DNA of 56,337 nucleotides from Bacteroidia bacterium (GTDB lineage: Bacteria > Bacteroidota > Bacteroidia > J057 > JANRLA01), in NCBI GenBank assembly GCA_033763015.1, contig JANRLA010000060.1:1-56337 (forward strand). Reading direction: 5' to 3'. The notes beneath the pieces are model-generated. The model saw nothing but the letters and a program-made list of their open reading frames with translations, did no database searches and was not told the origin of the DNA. This document shows, in pieces, positions 1 through 9,923 of this stretch. Numbering within the stretch: the first letter of the stretch is position 1; each line of letters starts with the position of its first letter. The position numbers and the translations under genes were made by a program.

Positions 1-116
1 CCAGTTTTAGACTTATAGCTCTCGCTTGAGAGAATGACCTGGCCATTTTTTGCCGTCAGGTTGAAGCGAAACTGGCCGTCTTTGGTCTTTTCGATGATAA
101 AGGCGGGGTGTGCCAT
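1..116 (-). CDS. YegP/UPF0339 (DUF1508) family protein, 5' part; runs off the window start
   Basis: Manual translation from ATG at 116: MAHPAFIIEKTKDGQFRFNLTAKNGQVILSSESYKSKT, matching the DUF1508 pattern (K.G.FRF.L.A.NG.VI..SE.Y). Not in the ORF track. Confidence 0.85.
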   Translation of the reverse strand, partial: MAHPAFIIEKTKDGQFRFNLTAKNGQVILSSESYKSKT

Positions 117-209
117 GCCGTGAGAGAAAATTGGGTGAGAGTGGTACAGGGTACTGTTGCCAAAGTACTACCGTTTCGGCAAACGCCAATCTCAAACCAG
201 CCCTTAGGG

Positions 210-590
210 CTACTTGCCCACAAAAAGCTTCACGGCAATGACCACCATAAACACCGCAAACCCTTTTCTGAGCAGGTTTTGGTCTACCTGGCTGGCCCAC
301 CGCGCACCCATGTACGAGCCCATGACCAACCCCAGCCCGATGATGACGCCGTAGAGCCAGTTTACGTTGCCCGTGCGGTGGTATTTGAGCAGGCCCAAAA
401 TGCCAAAGGGCAATTGGAAGAGCACGAGCGACGTGCCCTGGGCCGAAAGCTGGGTCATGCCCAAGAGCAGCACCAATGCCGGTACCACTACAATACCGCC
501 CCCCACGCCCACCAGGCCCGAGAGTATCCCGGCGGCCACACCAATTGCCAAAAGGGCAACCACCTGTGTTGCCGAAAGGTCGAACTGCAT
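210..590 (-). CDS. Sulfite exporter TauE/SafE (TSUP) family membrane protein
   Basis: GVAAGILSGLVGVGGGIVVVPAL and AQGTSL motifs; hydrophobic; start taken at ATG 590 (MQFDLS). Confidence 0.85.
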   Translation of the reverse strand: MQFDLSATQVVALLAIGVAAGILSGLVGVGGGIVVVPALVLLLGMTQLSAQGTSLVLFQLPFGILGLLKYHRTGNVNWLYGVIIGLGLVMGSYMGARWASQVDQNLLRKGFAVFMVVIAVKLFVGK

Positions 591-655
591 ATTCCGGTTT
601 TTGTCGTCTTGAGCGTCTAAGCTACTGCACCGAACCGGCACCTGCGGGCGAACGT

Positions 656-663
656 TAGTTTTG
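656..663 (+). promoter_or_regulatory. Bacteroidota -7 promoter box (TAnnTTTG) upstream of nuoI
   Basis: TAGTTTTG ending 8 nt before ATG 672. Confidence 0.6.
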
Positions 664-671
664 TAACCGGA

Positions 672-1265
672 ATGGGCTACAAAAGACGAAACAGCTATCT
701 GGGGGCGGCCCTAGTTGCGGCCCTTACGCTGACCAAAGGCCTCAGGCTCACCTGGCGGCACCTGGTGCGCCACCGGCGCAGGGTACCCCAGAGCGTGGCA
801 ACGCCAGGGTACTTCGCCCAGCCCGATGGCCCCGTCACGGTGCAGTACCCACGCGAGGCCATCCCCGTACCCGAGGTTGGGCGCTACCGGTTGTACCTGG
901 AAACCGAAGACTGCATTGGGTGCGACCAGTGCGCCCGCGTATGCCCCGTAGACTGCATCACCATCGAAAAGGTGAAAGCCGTGGGCGAGTTGGGCCAAAC
1001 CAGCGATGGCTCGAAGAAGCGTTTCTGGCTACCCACCTTCGACATCGACATGGCCAAGTGCTGCTACTGCGGCCTCTGCACCGTGGTATGCCCCACCGAG
1101 TGCCTGACGATGACCAAAAACTACGACTACGCCGAATACGACCGCGAGGGCTTCATCTTCCACTTCGGTAACCTGAGCCCTGCCCAGGCCCGCGAAAAAG
1201 AAGCCGAACTTGCCGCCTTCGAGGCCGCCAAAGCCGCCGCCAAAGCCGCCGCCCCCACCCCATGA
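672..1265 (+). CDS. nuoI: NADH-quinone oxidoreductase subunit I (2x 4Fe-4S)
   Basis: VTVQYP; CIGCDQCARVCP and CCYCGLCTVVCP clusters; followed by nuoJ and nuoK. Confidence 0.88.
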   Translation: MGYKRRNSYLGAALVAALTLTKGLRLTWRHLVRHRRRVPQSVATPGYFAQPDGPVTVQYPREAIPVPEVGRYRLYLETEDCIGCDQCARVCPVDCITIEKVKAVGELGQTSDGSKKRFWLPTFDIDMAKCCYCGLCTVVCPTECLTMTKNYDYAEYDREGFIFHFGNLSPAQAREKEAELAAFEAAKAAAKAAAPTP

Positions 1266-1753
1266 CCGTAGCGTTGGCCTGTGTAGCGGCACTGTTGGTG
1301 GCCGCAGCCGTAGGGGTACTGCGCACCCGCAACCTTATCTACCTGGCCTTTGGCCTGTTTGCCATCCTGCTGGCAGTTGCGGGCAGCTTCGCCTTGGCGG
1401 GCGCCGACTTTTTGGCCGTAACCCATGTGCTGGTGTACGTGGGCGGCATTTTGGTACTGCTGGTGTTCGGCATCCTGCTCAGTCGCTCCCGTGAGCTGGG
1501 CGTACCCAGCACCCGTATCCGGGGTGGGGCCCTTGCGCTGGTGAGCGGCCTAGCCCTGGCCGGTGGCCTGGCCTGGGTGTTTAACCCACTGGGGGTTGAG
1601 CCGCAGTTGCCTACCCACGCGGCTACCGCAGCGCCGCTGGGCCGACAACTGCTCAGCACCTACCTGGGAGCTTTCGAGGCCCTGTCGTTTCTTCTCTTGT
1701 TGGCCCTGATTGGGGCCGCCTACCTGGTACGTAAACCCACCCCCCAGCGCTGA
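1262..1753 (+). CDS. nuoJ: NADH-quinone oxidoreductase subunit J
   Basis: ADFLAVTHVLVYVGGILVLLVFGILL and FEALSFLLLLALIGA motifs; ATGA overlap with nuoI. Confidence 0.88.
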   Translation: MTVALACVAALLVAAAVGVLRTRNLIYLAFGLFAILLAVAGSFALAGADFLAVTHVLVYVGGILVLLVFGILLSRSRELGVPSTRIRGGALALVSGLALAGGLAWVFNPLGVEPQLPTHAATAAPLGRQLLSTYLGAFEALSFLLLLALIGAAYLVRKPTPQR

Positions 1754-1755
1754 AC

Positions 1756-2064
1756 ATGAGCCTCTACACGGTGCTAGTTGGGTGTAGCCTGGTGCTGTTG
1801 GCCGTTGGGGTTACGCTGGTGCTCAGCCGCACCAATGCCATTGCGGCCTACATCGGGGTCGAGCTCATGCTCAACGGGGGGCTGCTCAGTTTTGTGGCCC
1901 AGGGGCTGCGCCACCCCGGGGTGCTAGACGGCCAGGTATTTGTGCTGGTGGCGGTGGTGGTGGCTGCCGCCGAGGCCGCCGTGGCGCTGGCCATCTTCCT
2001 GAACTTTTACAAGGGCCGCCAGAGCACCGACCTCGACACCGCTACGACGCTGCGCGACCCCTAG
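1756..2064 (+). CDS. nuoK: NADH-quinone oxidoreductase subunit K
   Basis: GVELMLNG and VAAAEAAVALAI motifs. Confidence 0.92.
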   Translation: MSLYTVLVGCSLVLLAVGVTLVLSRTNAIAAYIGVELMLNGGLLSFVAQGLRHPGVLDGQVFVLVAVVVAAAEAAVALAIFLNFYKGRQSTDLDTATTLRDP

Positions 2065-2093
2065 GCCGATTAGAAAACACGGCGACCAAAGTG

Positions 2094-2101
2094 TAGTTTT
2101 G
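2094..2101 (+). promoter_or_regulatory. Bacteroidota -7 promoter box upstream of GS-III
   Basis: TAGTTTTG in the intergenic region about 105 nt before ATG 2208. Confidence 0.5.
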
Positions 2102-2207
2102 CAGGTCGGTTGTTTTGGGCCCAAGCGGTGCGGCTGTTGCAACGCCAGCGCAGAACGATTGACAAACCGTCAGTCATTCTTCCCTTTTTTTGCCAACTGC
2201 CCGCCCC

Positions 2208-4406
2208 ATGTTCGAATCGCGCATTGCCGATCTCGGCTCCCCAGCCCGTACCACTGGCCCCAACGGTACGCTTCGGGAAAACCCCGTGTCCGACATCTTC
2301 GGCACCCGCGTCTTTGGCCTTGCGGCCATGAAAGAGTACCTCACCGACCGCGCCTACAAGGCCGTCGTCGAGGCCATTCGCTTCAGCCAGAACATTTCGT
2401 TCGAGGTTTCTGAGAATGTGGCCAAGGGCATGAAAAAGTGGGCCATGGACAATGGGGCCACCCACTTTACCCACTGGTTCCAGCCCCTAACGGGCCTCAG
2501 CGCCGAGAAGCACGACGCGTTCTACAAGCCCAGCTTCAACCTCGAGCTCCAGGGCATTGAGAGCCTTTCGGGCCAGCAGCTCATTCAGCAGGAGCCCGAC
2601 GCTTCGTCGTTCCCCTCGGGCGGGCTGCGCAGCACCGACGAAGCCCGTGGCTACACGGTGTGGGACCCCTCGTCGTTTGCCTTCATCCAAGAAATCACCA
2701 CCGGCCGGGTGCTGTGCATCCCCTCGGTCTTCATCAGCTACACCGGCGAAAGCCTCGACTACAAAGCGCCGCTTCTCAAGTCGATTGGTGCCATCAACCA
2801 GGCCGTAGGCAAAACCCTAGAGCTGCTGGGCGACCCCGGCCGCAGCGTAGTACCTACCCTGGGCTGGGAACAGGAGTATTTTGTCATTGACCAAAGCCTG
2901 GCCCGCAAGCGCCCCGACATCCTGCTCAGCGGCCGGGCCCTCTTTGGGCGTATGAGCGCCAAGGGGCAAGAGAAAAACGAGTTCTACTTCGGCTCGATCC
3001 CCGAGCGGGTGCAGCAGTTCATGAACGACTTCGAGAAGCGTTCGCTCGAAATGGGCATACCCCTCAGCTCACGTCACAACGAGGTGGCACCCCACCAATA
3101 CGAGTGCGCCCCGATGTTCGAGGAGGTCAACAGCGCCATTGACCACAACGTGCTGCTCATGAACGTGATGCGCGACACGGCCCGCCAGCACGGCCTGGAG
3201 GTGCTCTTCCACGAAAAGCCTTTCCGCGGCGTAAACGGTTCGGGCAAGCACAGCAACTGGAGCCTTGCAACCGCCCGCGACGGCGAAAACCTGCTTGACC
3301 CCGGCAAAGAGCCCCACAAGAACCTGCGGTTCCTCACGGTGTTCATCAACGTCATCTGCGCGGTAAATAAGCACGCGCACCTGCTACGGGCGGGCATTGC
3401 CAGTTCGGGCAACGACCACCGGCTCGGCCAGCACGAGGCCCCGCCGGCCATCATCTCGGTGTTTACCGGCCAGCAGCTAGGCAAGGTGCTCGACCACTTC
3501 AAGACTAAGGGCCTGAAGGGCACGCCCGACCTGCCGACCCCCGAGCTGGAAAAAGACATCCCCCGCATCCCCACGTTCCTGCTCGACAACACCGACCGTA
3601 ACCGTACCTCGCCCTTCCCCTTTACGGGCAACAAGTTCGAGTTCCGGGCCGTGGGCGCCAGTCACAACCCCTCGTTCGTGCTCACGGTGCTGCAAACCTG
3701 CGTTGCAGAACAGTTCACCCAGTTCAACGCCAAAGTCGAGGCCCTAATCGAGAAAAAGACCAAGCCCGAAGAGGCCGTGGTGAAAGTGCTGCAGGAAGAA
3801 CTCAAGGCCAACGAGCGCATCATCTTCAACGGCGACGGCTACAGCCACGAGTGGGAGGAAGAAGCCGCCCGCCGGGGCCTGCCCAACATCAAGGGTACGC
3901 CTAACGCCGCCGAGCAGCTGCTCGACCCGGCGGCTATTGAGATGTTTGTGCGCCACAAAATCTTCACCCCCGACGAGGTGAAGGCCCGGGTGACCATCAT
4001 CCTGGAGAACTACATCGCAGACATGGCCTGCGAAAACAAGCTGGTCGAAGAGCTGGCCTACAGCCACATCCTGCCCGCAGCCACCGACCACCAGCTCAAG
4101 CTCGTCGAGCTCTACGAGGGCTACGCCGAAATGGGCCTCGACAAGCCCGCTAAGCGCGTAAAAGAAGAAGCCGAACGCGTAGCCAAGCTAGCCGAACGCA
4201 TCTACAGCCAACTGGAAAAGCTGGCCAAAGTGCGCGAGAAAGCTGACAAGCTGACCGAGGTGGCCGATATCGCACGTGTGTACTACGACCAAAGCCTGCC
4301 CACGACCCTCGAAATCCGCGAAGCGGCCGACGAACTCGAACTGGTGGTCGACGACCAACTCTGGCGCCTGCCGAAGTACCGCGAGCTGCTCTTGGTCCGC
4401 AGCTAA
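2208..4406 (+). CDS. glnA: Glutamine synthetase type III
   Basis: HFTHWFQPLTG.SAEKHD, EPDASSFPSGGLR, EQEYF, HNEVAP, HEKPF..NGSGKH, DRNRTSPF.FTGNKFEFR and LPKYRELL motifs. Confidence 0.95.
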   Translation: MFESRIADLGSPARTTGPNGTLRENPVSDIFGTRVFGLAAMKEYLTDRAYKAVVEAIRFSQNISFEVSENVAKGMKKWAMDNGATHFTHWFQPLTGLSAEKHDAFYKPSFNLELQGIESLSGQQLIQQEPDASSFPSGGLRSTDEARGYTVWDPSSFAFIQEITTGRVLCIPSVFISYTGESLDYKAPLLKSIGAINQAVGKTLELLGDPGRSVVPTLGWEQEYFVIDQSLARKRPDILLSGRALFGRMSAKGQEKNEFYFGSIPERVQQFMNDFEKRSLEMGIPLSSRHNEVAPHQYECAPMFEEVNSAIDHNVLLMNVMRDTARQHGLEVLFHEKPFRGVNGSGKHSNWSLATARDGENLLDPGKEPHKNLRFLTVFINVICAVNKHAHLLRAGIASSGNDHRLGQHEAPPAIISVFTGQQLGKVLDHFKTKGLKGTPDLPTPELEKDIPRIPTFLLDNTDRNRTSPFPFTGNKFEFRAVGASHNPSFVLTVLQTCVAEQFTQFNAKVEALIEKKTKPEEAVVKVLQEELKANERIIFNGDGYSHEWEEEAARRGLPNIKGTPNAAEQLLDPAAIEMFVRHKIFTPDEVKARVTIILENYIADMACENKLVEELAYSHILPAATDHQLKLVELYEGYAEMGLDKPAKRVKEEAERVAKLAERIYSQLEKLAKVREKADKLTEVADIARVYYDQSLPTTLEIREAADELELVVDDQLWRLPKYRELLLVRS

Positions 4407-4430
4407 CGGGCACGGTTTACAACTCATAAC

Positions 4431-4463
4431 GCGGCCTCGGTAGGTGTACCCTGCCGGGGCCGC
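4431..4463 (+). terminator. GC-rich hairpin downstream of glnA (possible terminator or stabilising stem)
   Basis: gcggcctcggtagg...cctgccggggccgc pairs with G-U wobbles; only a weak U tract follows. Confidence 0.4.
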
Positions 4464-4501
4464 TATCTTGTACGGCCTTTCGGCGCCTGTGCCCCCGGCC
4501 A

Positions 4502-6658
4502 ATGTTCGAGTTAACGTTTACCCACAGCCCCGTTTATGTGCTGCTGTGCGCTGCCTTGGCAGTAGGTGTTGCCTACTTTCTGTACCAGCGCCCCCCCGCC
4601 GATACCCCTACCTGGGTACGCACCCTCCTGCCGCTACTACGGGGCTTGGCTGTGTTTGCCATCGCACTGCTGCTCATAGAGCCCTTGCTGAGCCTACGCG
4701 CCACACTGCGCTACCCCCCCGCGGTGGTGGTGGTGACCGACGCCACCGAGAGCGTCGCCGCCCAGCTCGATAGCCAGACCCTGCGGCAAACTTACCCCAG
4801 GGCCCTGGGCCAGTTTGCGACCCAACTGCGCGAGGCCGGCGGGCGGGTCGATATTCTGCCCTTCAGCACAGACCTGGAGCCTCTGGGCCGTGCTCCCGAC
4901 AGCCTGGTGTACCGTGGCAAGGGTACTAACCTGGCAACCACCCTTCAATCAATTGAGCGCCGCTACCGCGATGACCACCTGGTGGCCGTTGTGTTCGCTA
5001 CCGACGGTATCTCGACCGAAGGGGCCAGCCCATTGTACGCCGCACAGGCCCTACGGGTGCCCGTACACACCGTACTGTTGGGCGATACCACCCCCAAGCG
5101 TGACCTGCGCATCGAACAGGTGCTGCACAACGAGGTGGGCTACCTGGGCAGCACTACCCAGGTACGGGTGCGCTTGGGCCACCTGGGCTACCCGGGTCAA
5201 ACCCTGACCCTAACGCTTAACGCCCCCGGCGAAGCCCCCCAACGTCAAACCCTGAAGCTACCGGCCAACGGTACGGTAGATGCCGATTTCACCCTGCCGC
5301 TGAACCAGCCGGGTTTTCAGACCTACCGGATTACGGCCAGTGGCCTACCGGGAGAACGGACCCTGGCCAACAACAGCCGCGGCTTCTCAATACAAGTGAT
5401 CGACAGTAGGCTCAAGATCCTGCTGCTGGCCGGTGGCCCTCACCCCGACCTTGGGGCACTCGACGCGGCCCTGAGCGGCGACCCCAGACTTGAGGTGCTG
5501 GGCCGCGTACGGCAAAGCCCAAACCGGTTTTTCACCGAACCCAGCGAGGCCGAATTCGCCACAGCCGACCTGGTCATCCTGCACAACTTCCCGGCCACAG
5601 CCGCCGATAAGCCAGTGATGGACAAACTCTTTGCCCAGGTAGCCGCCCGCGAGCTGCCCCTGCTGCACATCGTAGGCGTGCAGACCCGGCTCAACGTGCA
5701 CCCCGAACAGGCCCAGCACATGGCCCTCTTGAGCAAAAGCCAGCCCGTAAACGGGACCAGCACCGAGGTGCAGCTCACCCTCACGGGCAGTTACCGGTCG
5801 CACGCGACCTACACCTTTGGGCCCGACTTCGATGCCTGGCTAGAAAGTGCCCCGCCCTTGCTGCGGCCCGCAGGCAACTGGTTGCCCCAACGCAGCGCCG
5901 AGGTCTACGCCCGTGCTACCATCAAGGGGATTCAGTTGGAGTACCCGGTCGTTGCCCTGGCGCACGAAGGCAATACCAAACAGGCCGTGCTGCTGGCCGA
6001 GGGCTGGTGGCGCTACCGCATCCACAACTACAGCCTGACGCAAGACTTTGGGTACTTCGATACCTGGCTGCGCAACCTGGTGCAGTGGCTTACGGTGAAA
6101 GAAGACCGTCGGCGGTTTCGGGTGCGGCCCACGCAACTACTGTTTTCGGGCGAGGAGCCCATCCGGTTCGTCGGCCAGGTGTACAACGAGAGCTACAACC
6201 CCCGCAGCGGCGTCGAGATCAAACTCGTCGTAACCGACAGTGCCAACCGCGCCCAGGCCTACTACCTGGCCGAGACCGTACCCGGCAGCTACAGTCTGGA
6301 ACTGAGCGCCCTGCCGGAGGGCAACTACCGCTACAGCGCCGAGGGCACCGTGGCAGGCCAACGCCTCGATACCGACCAGGGCCGCTTTAGTGTGGGCCGC
6401 AGCGACGTAGAGTACACCCGCCTAGAAGCCGACGACGAGTTGCTACGGCAGATTGCCCTACGGACCGGGGGCCAGTACCTGGCCCCGACTGCGCTCGCTG
6501 GGCTTTCTGACAGCATCCGCGCCCAGCCCGCCTTCGCCCCACTGGTCGACTACCAGCGCCAAACCCAGCCCATCAACCGGCTACTTTGGCCCTTGCTGGG
6601 CATCTTACTGGTGCTGGCCACCGAGTGGGTGCTGCGCAAACGCTACGGGCTGGTGTAA
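4502..6658 (+). CDS. VWA-domain membrane protein (N-terminal TMs, VWA, Ig-like, C-terminal EW.LRK TM)
   Basis: MIDAS-like DATES, GTNL, TDG; C-terminal LATEWVLRKRYGL typical of this family. Confidence 0.8.
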   Translation: MFELTFTHSPVYVLLCAALAVGVAYFLYQRPPADTPTWVRTLLPLLRGLAVFAIALLLIEPLLSLRATLRYPPAVVVVTDATESVAAQLDSQTLRQTYPRALGQFATQLREAGGRVDILPFSTDLEPLGRAPDSLVYRGKGTNLATTLQSIERRYRDDHLVAVVFATDGISTEGASPLYAAQALRVPVHTVLLGDTTPKRDLRIEQVLHNEVGYLGSTTQVRVRLGHLGYPGQTLTLTLNAPGEAPQRQTLKLPANGTVDADFTLPLNQPGFQTYRITASGLPGERTLANNSRGFSIQVIDSRLKILLLAGGPHPDLGALDAALSGDPRLEVLGRVRQSPNRFFTEPSEAEFATADLVILHNFPATAADKPVMDKLFAQVAARELPLLHIVGVQTRLNVHPEQAQHMALLSKSQPVNGTSTEVQLTLTGSYRSHATYTFGPDFDAWLESAPPLLRPAGNWLPQRSAEVYARATIKGIQLEYPVVALAHEGNTKQAVLLAEGWWRYRIHNYSLTQDFGYFDTWLRNLVQWLTVKEDRRRFRVRPTQLLFSGEEPIRFVGQVYNESYNPRSGVEIKLVVTDSANRAQAYYLAETVPGSYSLELSALPEGNYRYSAEGTVAGQRLDTDQGRFSVGRSDVEYTRLEADDELLRQIALRTGGQYLAPTALAGLSDSIRAQPAFAPLVDYQRQTQPINRLLWPLLGILLVLATEWVLRKRYGLV

Positions 6659-6686
6659 ACTGGGGGGGCAGTGGTAGTTTGCAGCC

Positions 6687-7619
6687 ATGAAAGTGTTTGC
6701 CATTCTGGTGGTGAGTGTGGCGGTGGTGGTGCTGGGCATGCACGCCGCCAAGGTATCGGCCGAGGAACAGCCACCTGCCCAAGCCCCAGTGGCGAATGGA
6801 CGCCCGCTGCTACCGGTGGTGCCCGACAGCCTATCGTTCTGCGGTGAGCGCATCCCGCTGGAGCGGCCCGAAGTGCGCGAGCGCCTGGAGCGCGAGCTCA
6901 TCGACAACACCCACAAAACGGCCCAGACGCTGCTCATCCTGAAACGGGCTGCGCGCTGGGAGGACATCCTGAAAGGCGAATTGCGGGCCGCCGGTGTGCC
7001 CGAAGACCTGTTCTACCTTGCCGTGGCCGAAAGCGAACTGGCCAATGCCACCAGCCGCGCCGGGGCCCAGGGCTTCTGGCAGTTTATGCCCAGCACCGCC
7101 CCCGAATTTGGCCTGCGGGTGGGTCGCGAACTCGACGAGCGCGACAACCCCATTGCCGCCACCCACGCCGCCGCCCGCTACCTCACGGGCGCCTACGCCC
7201 GCACCCAAAGCTGGCCCCTGGCCGCCGCCGCCTACAACATGGGGCTGGGCCGGGTGCTGCAAAACCAGCGCGACCAAGGGGCGACAGGCTACTTCGACCT
7301 GGCGCTGAACCGCGAGACCCAGCGCTACCTGTACCGCATCTTGAGCTTCAAGTGCATTTTGAGTAACCCGGCGGCGTATGGCTTTGATGTGCCCGCCAGC
7401 GCCGGGTACCAGCCCACCCCCTGCCGCGCCATCGGGGTGAGCCAAGACGTGCCCGACCTGGTGGCCTTTGCCCAGGGGCAGGGGCACACGTACCAAACCC
7501 TGGTGCTGTACAACCCCTGGCTGAAAGGCACCACCCTGGAGGTGCCCACCGGCAAACGCTACACCCTCTACCTGCCCGACCCCAACGGTACTGTGCCCAT
7601 GGGCAGGGTCACGGAATAA
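6687..7619 (+). CDS. Lytic transglycosylase (SLT/MltD-like)
   Basis: YLAVAES, SRAGAQGFWQFMP, AAAYNMG and ETQRY motifs. Confidence 0.92.
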   Translation: MKVFAILVVSVAVVVLGMHAAKVSAEEQPPAQAPVANGRPLLPVVPDSLSFCGERIPLERPEVRERLERELIDNTHKTAQTLLILKRAARWEDILKGELRAAGVPEDLFYLAVAESELANATSRAGAQGFWQFMPSTAPEFGLRVGRELDERDNPIAATHAAARYLTGAYARTQSWPLAAAAYNMGLGRVLQNQRDQGATGYFDLALNRETQRYLYRILSFKCILSNPAAYGFDVPASAGYQPTPCRAIGVSQDVPDLVAFAQGQGHTYQTLVLYNPWLKGTTLEVPTGKRYTLYLPDPNGTVPMGRVTE

Positions 7620-7633
7620 CCCCCACACCCGCC

Positions 7634-8194
7634 ATGCCCGCCCGTACCCAGGACGAACTCTACCGAACCGTCGCCGAGGCCGCCCAGCGGACCCTGCCCG
7701 ACTACCAGGCCCTTTACCAGGGCCTAACCCTGGAACAGCTCAACTGGAAGCCCGACGCCAAACGCTGGAGCATTGGCCAGGTGCTAGACCACCTGTACCT
7801 GCAAGAAAAGATTTACCCGCCACGCATTCTGGCCGCCTGCCAGACGGTAGGGCCGCGGCCGGCGGGGGCCACCTTTCGCTCGGGGCTGCTGGGGGGGTAC
7901 CTTACGCGGCTGGTGGCGCCGGGCGGCAAGCCGGTACCGACCGTGAAACTGCTCGAGCCCCGCGCGAGCCAGTATGACTGGGCCATCGTAGAAAAATGGG
8001 AGCGCCTGCAGGCCGACTTTTTGCGGGCCCTTGAGGCCGCCGCCGACCGCGACCTGCGGCCCGCCTGCATCCCCTGGGCGGTGACGAAGCTGGTGCGCTT
8101 CAGGTTGGGCGATATACTGCTACTGGAGGTGGCCCACAAACAGCGGCACCTGGAGCAGATTGTGCGCCTGAAGCAGCAGATGGGCGCGCTGTAA
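7634..8194 (+). CDS. DinB family protein
   Basis: LNWKP..WSIGQVLDHL and H..RHLEQI motifs. Confidence 0.85.
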   Translation: MPARTQDELYRTVAEAAQRTLPDYQALYQGLTLEQLNWKPDAKRWSIGQVLDHLYLQEKIYPPRILAACQTVGPRPAGATFRSGLLGGYLTRLVAPGGKPVPTVKLLEPRASQYDWAIVEKWERLQADFLRALEAAADRDLRPACIPWAVTKLVRFRLGDILLLEVAHKQRHLEQIVRLKQQMGAL

Positions 8195-8201
8195 ACGGGT
8201 T

Positions 8202-8241
8202 CACCCCGCTAGCCGTCGTGGAAACCACGGGCTGCGGGGTG
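8202..8241. repeat. REP-like imperfect palindrome / hairpin
   Basis: caccccgc-tagcc-gt-cgtgg-aaa-ccacg-ggct-gcggggtg forms a long stem 8 nt after the DinB stop. Confidence 0.55.
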
Positions 8242-8776
8242 TGGGAAGGCCGCCCCCCGCGGTGACCAACGGCGGGGCTTGCCCGGCAGGGCCGGTACCG
8301 TTTGCCAATAACGGGGGCCGGATGCGGGGCTTGGCGCGGACTTGGGGACACTGGCGTTTGGCCAGTTGCCCGCGGCGGGGCCTACGGGGGGCGGGCGCGC
8401 TGATCCGATACCTCACTGTAGGTTGTCGTGTGGGCTCTCGGGGCTGGTTCCGGGCTCGTTTGTTGCTTGCCGGGTTGTGCCGTCCGCCAAGTGGCGTGGG
8501 GGGTACTGTCTGGGGAGTCTTTGTTGTTTACCTGCTCTGGGGGTACGACGGGTGCGCTCGGGTTACCAGCCCTGCCCCGAAGGAGCGCCTGTGCCGGGAC
8601 GCCCTGGCTCGCGTAGTCCAGGTCAACCGCTCACGACCTCACGCCCGACTGGAGAAAACGCGGTGCTCATTCGTCTACTGCGCGCAAGATGGCGCAGACC
8701 CAGCCTGTACCCATGCACGTAGGCGATGGGTATTCAACGGGGTGGAGTAGTAGGGGATTTCGGTGTTCCGTTGGGC

Positions 8777-8860
8777 GCATGTGGGCTTGGGCTTCCTAGC
8801 GCTCATGGCCGCGGGGCCGCGTGGGCGGGGGCCCAGCGCTGGAGATTTGCCGGGGCGGCG
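8777..8860. repeat. ~85 bp direct repeat, copy 1
   Basis: Shares an identical 25 bp block (cgctcatggccgcggggccgcgtgg) and an identical 15 bp block (gcgctggagatttgc) with 9924-10004. Confidence 0.9.
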
Positions 8861-8998
8861 GGTGCTTACTAGGACGAGGGCATTGAAACCCTGCCAAAGG
8901 CCTCTCCTCCTAGATGTATGCAGGTAGGGCTGCGTGTAACCCGCCACAATTTTATCCGTCCACACACGTGGCACAAGTGGTCGCACTATCTTGACGTG

Positions 8999-9910
8999 AT
9001 GGTACGATACTTTCTAGGGTGCGTCCTGGCACTGCTATTTGTGTCCTGTTCGTCCGATGTTGCCGAGCCGGAACCAACCCTAACCGAGTACTATGACCTT
9101 GCCTACGGTACGAGTTCTACCAGGCAGCAACTAGACATTTTCCTGCCTACAAGTGGCACTGCACCTTATCCGGTTGTTCTACTGATCCACGGGGGGTCAT
9201 GGGAGGGAGGCAACCGAAGTACCTTTTACGACAGCCCTTCCTTAAACGGGCTGCTCGAGCAGGGTTTCGCCGTGGTGCCCGTCGGCTACCGCCTCAGCGG
9301 CGAGGCCGTCTACCCGGCCCAGATCCACGACATCAAGGGAGCCATACGCTATCTACGCGCAAACGCTGGTACCTATAGCCTCGATACTAGCCGTATGGGC
9401 GCCTGGGGCTTTTCGGCGGGGGCCCACCTGGCAGTGCTCGCGGCCACCTCCGGCGACGCTGCTTCTCTAGAGGGTACCGTGGGGCCCGCCGGCCCGTCTT
9501 CGCGCCTACAGGCTGTGGCCGATTGGTTTGGGCCCGTTGATTTGCTCACGGCGCAAGCCCAAGTCGTGGCCCAAGGCTGCCCCCCGGCCGAGGACCTGAA
9601 CGGGCCCGATTCGCCCATTACCCGCTTGCTGGGGTTTCAGCCACAAACCAATCCCACTGCAGCTGCGCAGGCGAATCCCATCACATTCCTTACTGCTAAT
9701 GACCCGCCGATGCTCATAGCCCACGGGCTACAAGACTGTACCGTGCCCTTTGCCCAAAGCCAGCAGCTCTACGACAGCTCGCAGGTCAGACAGGGGCCTA
9801 CGGCAACGCAGCTATTACTTTACGCCAACAGCGGTCACGGCAGTGGCGTGTTTGCTACCCAAGCTGCCCTCGATGCTGTGGTGCAGTTTCTGGCCGAGCA
9901 GCTACAGTAG
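8999..9910 (+). CDS. Alpha/beta hydrolase (BD-FAE/HSL-like esterase), predicted lipoprotein
   Basis: Lipobox-like LFVSC, HGGSW, GFSAG nucleophile elbow, HG..D.TVP, GHG; start at ATG 8999. Confidence 0.9.
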   Translation: MVRYFLGCVLALLFVSCSSDVAEPEPTLTEYYDLAYGTSSTRQQLDIFLPTSGTAPYPVVLLIHGGSWEGGNRSTFYDSPSLNGLLEQGFAVVPVGYRLSGEAVYPAQIHDIKGAIRYLRANAGTYSLDTSRMGAWGFSAGAHLAVLAATSGDAASLEGTVGPAGPSSRLQAVADWFGPVDLLTAQAQVVAQGCPPAEDLNGPDSPITRLLGFQPQTNPTAAAQANPITFLTANDPPMLIAHGLQDCTVPFAQSQQLYDSSQVRQGPTATQLLLYANSGHGSGVFATQAALDAVVQFLAEQLQ

Positions 9911-9923
9911 CTTTCGCACATTG

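Noticed and set aside
8241-8986. ORFs in the 8.2-9.0 kb gap
   Set aside because: Arg/Gly/Cys-rich, non-host codon pattern, mutually overlapping and without motifs.
8195-8998. RNase P, tmRNA or SRP RNA in the long gap
   Set aside because: Hallmark sequences (GAGGAAAGTCC, tRNA-like ends, SRP GGAAGG-AGCAG loop) were not found by eye; an Rfam scan would be needed to exclude them.
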